The translations under genes and the position numbers were made by a program. The notes below the pieces were generated by a model. The model made no database searches and was not told the origin of the DNA. It saw nothing but the letters and a program-made list of their open reading frames with translations. From contig VGKP01000018.1 in assembly GCA_016866975.1 (NCBI GenBank), forward strand, positions 1 through 11,523: DNA of 11,523 bases. Direction: 5' to 3'. Shown one piece after another: positions 1 to 6,438 of this stretch (position 1 is the stretch's first letter; each line of letters starts with the position of its first letter). Source of the DNA: Candidatus Pacearchaeota archaeon (GTDB lineage Archaea > Nanobdellota > Nanobdellia > Pacearchaeales > GW2011-AR1).

Positions 1-64
1 CAACAAAAAAAAGTTCCCATGGCCTTCTCTCTGCCTTCTTAGGACTCAACAACATCTCAAACAT
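1..64 (-). CDS. 5' end (partial, runs off window) of a probable SpoIIM/DUF95-like membrane protein
   Basis: Manual translation of the minus strand from ATG at 64 gives MFEMLLSPKKAERRPWELFFV..., with a GGGAG SD-like element upstream. This resembles the recalled N-terminus of DPANN 'stage II sporulation protein M' family proteins. Not in the ORF track because it is truncated. Confidence 0.6.
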   Translation of the reverse strand, partial: MFEMLLSPKKAERRPWELFFV

Positions 65-145
65 TCTTTTTTACTCCCATATTAAAAATAATCCAGACCT
101 TATAATATTTTGCTATTTTAATTAATTTGTTCTAAAGGAATCGTA

Positions 146-559
146 CTAAGATCCAGTAGTATTCTTTCCTTCAGTTCCTTGCTGTTCTTGTATGGCTCTG
201 ATAAGATTCTGCATTGCTTGATGATATAGTTCTAGCTTGCTTAACGCGTGCAACCTTGCCTCAGTGATTTTCTTCAATTGCGCATCAATAATTGCCCTTG
301 TCTCTAAAGGTGTCTTCTTCACGATTATCCCTGCTCCAACTTCGACAAATAGTTCTTTCTCTACCCTCTCTGTCTTCATGAAGACACCTTTTCCAAGTGA
401 TGAAAGTACTTCTTTCTTCTGACTTTTCTCGAGCAATTCAAGATCGTTCTTGAACCTTACAAGCTCTCCCATTTCCCTCTCTATCAGATCTGCATGCGCT
501 TGCATCTCTTCTATCTGCTTCTGTAAAGCTTGTGCCTTATATATCAATTCAGCATCCAT
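146..559 (-). CDS. pfdA: Prefoldin subunit alpha
   Basis: 137 aa. Two long coiled-coil helices flank the double beta-hairpin signature LSSLGKGVFMKTE...LFVEVGAGIIVKKT. Confidence 0.92.
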   Translation of the reverse strand: MDAELIYKAQALQKQIEEMQAHADLIEREMGELVRFKNDLELLEKSQKKEVLSSLGKGVFMKTERVEKELFVEVGAGIIVKKTPLETRAIIDAQLKKITEARLHALSKLELYHQAMQNLIRAIQEQQGTEGKNTTGS

Positions 560-580
560 AAAGATGGCAGAAGAAATGAT

Positions 581-588
581 ATTTTAAA
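581..588 (-). promoter_or_regulatory. TATA box (TTTAAAAT) for pfdA, probably a leaderless transcript
   Basis: The 8-mer lies 21 nt (560-580) upstream of the ATG at 559, the same spacing as other promoters in this window. Confidence 0.55.
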
Positions 589-619
589 GCTATGCTTTGG
601 AGAGTCTATCACCTGTATC

Positions 620-627
620 TTTATAAA
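620..627 (+). promoter_or_regulatory. TATA box (TTTATAAA) for the ORF starting at 649
   Basis: Canonical archaeal TATA, 21 nt (628-648) upstream of ATG 649. Confidence 0.6.
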
Positions 628-648
628 GAAATTTTCTTCTTTTATGCT

Positions 649-1002
649 ATGGATATAAAAGAGTCTATTGGAAGAGTAATTACCCAGGAAATCAGAGATG
701 CTGAAAAAAGTTTGCGAAGGTATCAAAAAACGCTGACAAAATTAAAAGCTGCAGATGGTTGCCGTCTAAATTACATTGTTAATTTAAGGTCTCTATGGGA
801 AAGTCAAGGTGAAGGGAATACAACTACAAAGTATATGGGGACTGTCGAAGGAGCGGTGCAAGCAGCAGAGCAAGAATTTATGCGTGTCAACAATAGAAGA
901 GATGTTCAGGCAGACTATCAAGTGATGGTCGTTCTTGGAAAAACGAAGGTATTTTTGCCCGAAGAATGTTGGAAACCATACGCTTCAAGGGCCAAAAAAT
1001 AA
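649..1002 (+). CDS. Hypothetical soluble protein (117 aa)
   Basis: Open frame 592-1002. The start is moved to ATG 649 because a TATA box sits 21 nt upstream and the 592-648 extension reads like translated intergenic DNA. Composition is protein-like; no family recognised. Confidence 0.7.
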   Translation: MDIKESIGRVITQEIRDAEKSLRRYQKTLTKLKAADGCRLNYIVNLRSLWESQGEGNTTTKYMGTVEGAVQAAEQEFMRVNNRRDVQADYQVMVVLGKTKVFLPEECWKPYASRAKK

Positions 1003-1402
1003 CACCAAGCCTATTATTTTCTGCTGTCGTGGCGCATTCAAATACGGGTACTCGCCTGGCAATTCAGCAAAAGGTTGTCTTGTAAACCCATGGTAAAATT
1101 GAGTGGTATTTATTTCTGTAGCAAGAGTACAATCACAATTATTGGCAATAGAAGCAATTTCTCCTATAATAAGACTTCTTTACTCGAGAATTTCCTGAAT
1201 GCATTTTCGTAATCACCATACACTCTCTCTGGTGTATCAAAAGCTTTCGAGGAATCTTCTCTGGATCAAGATAATTGTATTCATTTTTTTCTTTTCTCTT
1301 TTTTTCTGGCAAAAGATATATAATATTAAGGAAGAGATTTAATGTGTGGCTTGTGATGCTTTTTCCAAAGATATTGGAATATTCCAAGGTTAAATTCATA
1401 CT

Positions 1403-1951
1403 TCAACGTGATGTGGAAGAACGCGAAGAGGTAATTTTCCACACTTCAAGTTTCTCAAAGAATAGGTTTTGTTGGGCTTCTATATCAAATCTCATGCCCT
1501 GTCTTTTCATCATCTCAAGTATCCTTTTTTTAGGTGTTAGGGAAGATAAGACTATAAGTATTATCCCGTTCTTGTCCAGGTAAATAGGCGCTTTCTCAAG
1601 GAACTTCAATACCATCTCATCGCCTTTCTCCCCCCCAGTAGTTATGCGTTTGCTTTCTTCATCTTCTCTCTTGTCTGATGGCAGGTAAGGGGGATTGAAT
1701 GCGATTATATCAAACTTTCCATCTACCTCTGAGAATAAATCTGATTCTATAGCATTCAACCCTTTAAGTCTAAGGGATTTTACTGCCTCAGGGTCTATAT
1801 CTATAGCTATCACTCTCTCAGCTCCGCCGGTTATCGCGGCATCGCTTTGGACTCCAGAACCTGCACCAATGTCTAGGAATTTCTTACCTTTTGAATATTT
1901 TCTCACGATTTTCGCGAGCAATTTAGAGTCTTCAGCTGGTTCGTATATCAT
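1403..1951 (-). CDS. HemK2/MTQ2-family (PrmC-like) SAM-dependent protein glutamine methyltransferase
   Basis: N-terminal IYEPAEDS motif, motif I LDIGAGSG, motif II AIDID, catalytic FNPPY, and GG.kG after it. All are typical of the archaeal release-factor methyltransferase. Confidence 0.9.
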   Translation of the reverse strand: MIYEPAEDSKLLAKIVRKYSKGKKFLDIGAGSGVQSDAAITGGAERVIAIDIDPEAVKSLRLKGLNAIESDLFSEVDGKFDIIAFNPPYLPSDKREDEESKRITTGGEKGDEMVLKFLEKAPIYLDKNGIILIVLSSLTPKKRILEMMKRQGMRFDIEAQQNLFFEKLEVWKITSSRSSTSR

Positions 1952-2654
1952 AGTATTTGTATGTTATAATTGTGAGTAAGATAGCGAAAAAAGGATATAC
2001 TGCTATAAATAAAATCATTTCTGTAATCGAGATTCCATAATAATAAATATTGCCAGTCAGGCTTTCTAAGATTCCCGTAAGAAGAAAATAGACAATAGAT
2101 ATTGTAAGCGTCAGAGGATAATTGATCCTGGTTATCTTAAAACTTGTTGTGATTGCCTTTCTCCATGTGTGACCTAATGCATAAGCAGATTGCGCATAAA
2201 TAAAGAATAACGCGAAACTTATTATTATCAGAGCATAAAGGAATATAAATATCATTTGCGCAGCTGCAATCTCGAGCTGCATCGTCCTTCCAATAAGTAA
2301 AGCGCCATTTTGTGCAAATAGCCACACTATATTGAATATGATTAAGAATAATATGGATTGCAGGAACATGCCTGGCCAGTTTCTCAGACCTCCCTTTGTT
2401 TTTCTAGAAATCACTTTGGCACATGATGAAAATAGATAACTGAAGAAAAATGACAAGCCTATAAGCGCAATTAATGCTAAAACTACCGACCATATCCAGA
2501 AATCTGTTTCAGATGAGATCGGTAATGAATTCTTTTTCTGATTCAATAATTTAAAATAGATAGTCATCCAAACAAAGGCTCCTATTCCAGGTAAGATGAT
2601 TGCAGGATTTTTCTTGAAGACAGAAGCAGATTGGACGAGGATACCTTTTTCCAT
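1932..2654 (-). CDS. Polytopic membrane protein, about 5-6 TM (240 aa)
   Basis: Several long hydrophobic segments. TAATG overlap with the upstream gene and a 20-nt overlap with the methyltransferase start. Confidence 0.8.
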   Translation of the reverse strand: MEKGILVQSASVFKKNPAIILPGIGAFVWMTIYFKLLNQKKNSLPISSETDFWIWSVVLALIALIGLSFFFSYLFSSCAKVISRKTKGGLRNWPGMFLQSILFLIIFNIVWLFAQNGALLIGRTMQLEIAAAQMIFIFLYALIIISFALFFIYAQSAYALGHTWRKAITTSFKITRINYPLTLTISIVYFLLTGILESLTGNIYYYGISITEMILFIAVYPFFAILLTIITYKYYDIRTS

Positions 2655-3073
2655 TATGAGGAGAATGCTTTAAGGATTGTGTCCTTGAAGAGGATTGCAG
2701 CGATAAGTATCCCTATGAGAAATAATAGTAGGACCACCAAAAGCACTATTTTTTTTGTATCCTTACCGGCTGATTTCTTCGATAGAGAGGGTATCGATGG
2801 GATATTTGCTGGAGATGCATTAGTCTGGTTTGCAGGAGCAGTTTGTGGTTGCCCAGCTGAAGTAGTTTGAGGAATTAGCTCTGAAGGCGATGATGCAGAG
2901 ACGGTATTTTGTGCTCCAGTCACTATAGGTGTAGTGCCTCCGGTAAGAGAATTTGCTGCCTCTCTTATCTCGACAGATTTGTATCCTGCGTTTATGAAAG
3001 TCTGCATTGCTTGGTCCAGAGATTCTCCTCTCTCCAATCCGTTCTTTATTCCTGCAATTATTTCATCTTTCAC
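2654..3073 (-). CDS. Tail-anchored hypothetical protein (small helical N-domain, T/S/P/Q/A-rich linker, C-terminal TM)
   Basis: GTG start overlaps the RNase J stop (GTGA). C-terminal KKIVLLVVLLLFLIGILIAAILFK is a single TM helix. Confidence 0.8.
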   Translation of the reverse strand: MKDEIIAGIKNGLERGESLDQAMQTFINAGYKSVEIREAANSLTGGTTPIVTGAQNTVSASSPSELIPQTTSAGQPQTAPANQTNASPANIPSIPSLSKKSAGKDTKKIVLLVVLLLFLIGILIAAILFKDTILKAFSS

Positions 3074-4401
3074 AATTCCAGTACTCCTCCATTTTGCATA
3101 ATGTGGACATTTTTATTGAGTTTGTACCCCATCTCTATAGCAAGATTAGCTCCTGCAAGTAACTTTTTCAGGTCGCCATGCGAGGGCACGACATGTTCTG
3201 GCTTTGTTAACTGGATAAGGTCTCTTAGGTCTTCCCTGCCGCCATGGCCCGAGACGTGGACATTATCAAATATACGCACATGAAACTTTTTAAGTCTTCT
3301 CTCAAGCTGCTCTTTGTTAACTTCATTTATAGGAGCAGGGATTGTCTTCGAGGAGAATATCACTTGGTCTTCAGAATTAAGGCGGAGAGGCAACTGCCCT
3401 TTTGCAAGTCTGTCCAGGATTGATCCAGGTTCTCCTTGGTGTCCCGTGCATACAACTAGATATCTATTTCTGTTCTTGTTCACAATGGAGAGAATTTTAT
3501 CCACTTGTTTTCTATAAGTGCATAATTTTACATCTGATAGAAAAGGTGCTTTCCCTATTCTCTGGGCGGCAAGACAATATTTTATCAGGCTTCTCCCTAC
3601 AAATACAACTTCCCTGTTCAGTCTTTTCCCAAATTCAGTTATTGTCTTGAGTCTTGCTATATGGGACGAGAATGTCGTTATGACCATTCCTGCATTTTGA
3701 TGAGTGGTTGAGAAAAATACGTCTTCCAAAAGTTCTTTCGCAATATTTTCAGAAGGAGTTTTCCTGTCATCAGGAGCATATAAACAATCCACTATCAACG
3801 CTTTCACTCCTATATGTGCCAGCTCTTTTAATCGCCCATAATTTGGCTTGTCTCCAAATACAGGGGAGTTGTCAAGCTTGTAGTCATTGGCATATAAGAT
3901 TATGCCTTTCGATGTGTGGACTGCTATTATTGCGCATTGCAAGGTTGAATGAGTCATGTTGATGAATTCTATCTTATACTGATTGTTTCCTTTAAGCATA
4001 TAAGTACCATTTACCGGTACCGGCACAATTTTGTTCTTTATTCTTTGACCAGCATCTTCCATCAATACTTTTAGTACCTCCATAGTATAAGGGGTTCCAA
4101 CTACATCAGCATTGTATCTAGGGGCATTGTAAGGTATGCCCCCTACATGATCTAGATGAGCATGTGATACAAGTATTGCTCTCACTTTCTCTCTCAGTCC
4201 TTTATTGTCAAGGTAGACATCGTCAGGCAGGGCACCTAACGCGCGCATGCCTTTCTCAGTAGGAATCTTCTCCCTCTCAGATACACCAACTATCGCTGGT
4301 AAGAAAAGTCCAGCGTCGAATAATATAACATCTTGATCTACTTCGAGAGCAGTCATATTTTTTCCCACTTCATTGTATCCTCCTATAGCATGAATTTTCA
4401 T
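3070..4401 (-). CDS. rnj: Ribonuclease J (metallo-beta-lactamase/beta-CASP)
   Basis: N-terminal IGGYNEVGKNMT, LFDAG, SHAHLDHVGG (HxHxDH), MTHS, DYKLD, FSSHIARL, CTGHQGEPGS, HVSGHGGREDL and PSHG. SD-like GAGG upstream. Confidence 0.95.
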   Translation of the reverse strand: MKIHAIGGYNEVGKNMTALEVDQDVILFDAGLFLPAIVGVSEREKIPTEKGMRALGALPDDVYLDNKGLREKVRAILVSHAHLDHVGGIPYNAPRYNADVVGTPYTMEVLKVLMEDAGQRIKNKIVPVPVNGTYMLKGNNQYKIEFINMTHSTLQCAIIAVHTSKGIILYANDYKLDNSPVFGDKPNYGRLKELAHIGVKALIVDCLYAPDDRKTPSENIAKELLEDVFFSTTHQNAGMVITTFSSHIARLKTITEFGKRLNREVVFVGRSLIKYCLAAQRIGKAPFLSDVKLCTYRKQVDKILSIVNKNRNRYLVVCTGHQGEPGSILDRLAKGQLPLRLNSEDQVIFSSKTIPAPINEVNKEQLERRLKKFHVRIFDNVHVSGHGGREDLRDLIQLTKPEHVVPSHGDLKKLLAGANLAIEMGYKLNKNVHIMQNGGVLEL

Positions 4402-4485
4402 AATTTCCTCAACCTCATCTTCATTATCATCTGAGACATGTCTGCTTTAAATAGGTTATGAGATGAGAAAATGACGCGACTATGG

Positions 4486-5118
4486 TTAAAGCCTGGAAGG
4501 ATCGACATCTGTAGTATATCCAGGGTTCTTCTTGGGACGATATTGGTTAGGATAGTGCACGTCAGTTTTTACAGCGTGAGATACTTTCTTAAAGAATTTA
4601 AAGACTTCATAAGGATTTTCAATGTTACTCAAGGTATAAGGTTTTGACATGGGTCCATGATTTCCTTCCACAAATGTTCCAGCAGTTGATATTATGATGC
4701 TTCCAGAACTGCCTCCAAATATTTTATCAAATAACCCTACATTGACCTCTGCATTGGTTATCTGGTCAAAATCAACCATCTTGAAATCTCTTCCAATGAC
4801 ACCAGTCTGGATTATGACTCTCTTATTAGTGATTGCATAATATGTCCTGCTATGGACGAGATAATTGTAAGTAGGGATGCCAAAAATAAGGATGATTCCT
4901 ATCCAAAAATGTGGCAATAGGAAAACTCCCAGTCCTCAAATTTGACCAGAAAATGCTGCAAAAAGACCCAGTGCAATAAAAGGAATGAGGAATAACATCC
5001 AAAATGCCCCAAAGATGACTACGATAATGCTTCCTCCTAGAAAGAATGGCCAAAACTTTGGTGCACCTTCCCAGAAGACTTTCTCTTGGTCATCTAGAAC
5101 TTTGTCAATCTCTCGCAT
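4486..5118 (-). pseudogene. bPH_2/YdbS-like membrane PH-domain protein interrupted by an in-frame TGA (4936-4938)
   Basis: Track ORFs 4936-5118 and 4486-4917 are in the same frame, separated only by one TGA plus 6 sense codons (...SGQI*GLGVFLLPHFWIG...). The joined product is about 210 aa, with N-terminal E.V.WEG.P, TM helices and the YYAITNKRVIIQTGVIGRDF bPH motif. Could be a true nonsense allele, readthrough or a sequence error. Confidence 0.75.
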
Positions 5119-5139
5119 CTCTTATAAAGCAAGGGTGAG

Positions 5140-5147
5140 TTTATAAA
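5140..5147. promoter_or_regulatory. Palindromic TATA box TTTATAAA, candidate bidirectional promoter
   Basis: Lies exactly 21 nt from both divergent start codons (5118 on minus, 5169 on plus). Confidence 0.65.
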
Positions 5148-5168
5148 TCTGCTCTCATTAATTATCGT

Positions 5169-6062
5169 ATGGATCACCACGAGCATCATCAGCACCATAT
5201 AAGTCGGCTGAAGAAACATCGCAATGTACTTTATATCTTGCTTGCGCTTCTAGTATTAATCCAGACAATTTCATTTGTTGCTTTAAGCTCTCAGGTTTCA
5301 AGACTTGATTCTAGGCTAGACAGCACAAGGAAGGATTTCTCAAACACACTTAAAGAAAATAATGATTACTATCAACAGTTTATACAGCAACTCGATATGC
5401 ATTATCAGAAAAAAATCAATGAGCTTTCAAGTACCGTTGCTGATCAAGAACAAAGTTTTGCTCAGCAACTTAGTCTGCTGAAGGCTAGCCATGAAGATTT
5501 CTCCGGTATAATTTCAGATGCAATCCAAGGAGTTGTAAGCGTAGGCACTGAAAAGTCTGCAGGCAGTGGATTCATAATGCATGAGGATGGATATATTGTG
5601 ACAAATGCTCATGTTATAAATGGCGCGAAGAGCATAAAAGTTGTAAACTCTGATGGCAAGTCATTTCCTGCAGGCCTTGTGGGAATCGATTCTTTTTACG
5701 ACATCGCCTTGCTCAAGGTGGATGGAAAATACAATATCCTTTCTCTTTCAAACTCAGACCAGTTACAGGTGGGGAAGAAAGTTATTGCGATAGGCAATCC
5801 CTATGGCCTGTCGTTTAGCGTGACAGAAGGCATAATCTCCGCAATAGACAGGACCGGGCCTAATGGGAAGGCAGAGTATATACAAACAGATGTTTCTCTT
5901 AATCCTGGGAATTCAGGAGGTCCATTGATAGATACGCAAGGCAAGGTTGTAGGCATTAACAATTTCAAGGTGAGTAGTGCTGAAAGCCTGGGCTTCGCAT
6001 TAGAAAGCAATTCTCTCAAGCAGGTAGTCAATAAAATTGCCAACAGCACTTTGATAAGATGA
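5169..6062 (+). CDS. Membrane-anchored trypsin-like (S1C, HtrA/DegP-type) serine protease without a PDZ domain
   Basis: Catalytic triad motifs VTNAHV, DIALLK and NPGNSGGPL, plus IAIGNPYGL and IQTD. His-rich N-tail, one TM, a coiled-coil stalk. The protein ends right after the protease domain. Confidence 0.9.
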   Translation: MDHHEHHQHHISRLKKHRNVLYILLALLVLIQTISFVALSSQVSRLDSRLDSTRKDFSNTLKENNDYYQQFIQQLDMHYQKKINELSSTVADQEQSFAQQLSLLKASHEDFSGIISDAIQGVVSVGTEKSAGSGFIMHEDGYIVTNAHVINGAKSIKVVNSDGKSFPAGLVGIDSFYDIALLKVDGKYNILSLSNSDQLQVGKKVIAIGNPYGLSFSVTEGIISAIDRTGPNGKAEYIQTDVSLNPGNSGGPLIDTQGKVVGINNFKVSSAESLGFALESNSLKQVVNKIANSTLIR

Positions 6063-6334
6063 GACTGAAACTAAATCCTTCGGCTAGGATAAATTATAGG
6101 TACTTGTTGATTGACGCTTCAAACAAATCTATGATTGAACAGGCAATATTGGATGCAATTGGAGTCTTGGGCTGGGCTAAGGCGGCACCTATGTTTTTGG
6201 AAGAGAAAGGAAGCAGATTTATCCTAGCAGTCTCAAGAGAATCTCTAGATGATATACGGGCAGCTTTTGAACTCTATCCAGAAAAGATGAAGATAGTAAA
6301 AGTCTCAGGGACACTTAAGGGCCTTAAGAAATAA
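6059..6334 (+). CDS. rnp2: RNase P protein component Rpp14/Pop5 family (aPop5/Rnp2)
   Basis: 91 aa, RYLL near the N-terminus, I..AI...IG.LG.AKA, V.R...IRAA, C-terminal VSGTLKGL. ATGA overlap with the protease gene. Confidence 0.8.
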   Translation: MRLKLNPSARINYRYLLIDASNKSMIEQAILDAIGVLGWAKAAPMFLEEKGSRFILAVSRESLDDIRAAFELYPEKMKIVKVSGTLKGLKK

Positions 6335-6397
6335 ATTTATTCAGAGAAGTAAGAGCAGAAATCAGAAACTTACTTTCTTGTGCCATAGCCAAATAAG

Positions 6398-6405
6398 TTT
6401 ATAAA
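6398..6405 (+). promoter_or_regulatory. TATA box TTTATAAA upstream of the second protease gene
   Basis: Canonical 8-mer in the intergenic region, 33 nt before the GTG at 6439. Confidence 0.5.
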
Positions 6406-6438
6406 TAACTCTTTCTTCTTTCATTAATAGTCAAGAAG

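Noticed and set aside
237-422. Short track ORFs antisense to, or nested in, recognised genes (e.g. 237-422, 1275-1583, 1695-1979, 2137-2325, 2631-2870, 2909-3283, 3314-3962, 4850-5053, 5801-6049, 6399-6707, 6999-7184, 7442-7708, 8751-8936)
   Set aside because: They overlap well-supported genes in another frame or strand, have no motifs, and show shadow-ORF composition.
592-648. Track starts at 592, 7560 and 9483
   Set aside because: Better-supported downstream starts exist: 649 (TATA spacing), 7614 (TAATG coupling) and 9489 (GGAGGTGA SD).
1139-1399. 86-aa minus-strand ORF as a real gene
   Set aside because: The N-terminal half translates AT-rich and polypurine intergenic sequence and no motif is evident. 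The region is kept only as a low-interest possible remnant.
4936-4938. Alternative genetic code (UGA = Trp/Gly) or selenocysteine
   Set aside because: TGA terminates RNase J, the HemK2-like protein and the HtrA-like protease at plausible C-termini. The interrupted position is in a TM segment, not a redox Cys site, and no SECIS was recognised.
6345-6378. Imperfect inverted repeat AGAAGTAAG/CTTACTTTCT after the Pop5 gene
   Set aside because: Bulged, AT-rich and with a long loop. It could occur by chance and is not enough to call a terminator or operator.
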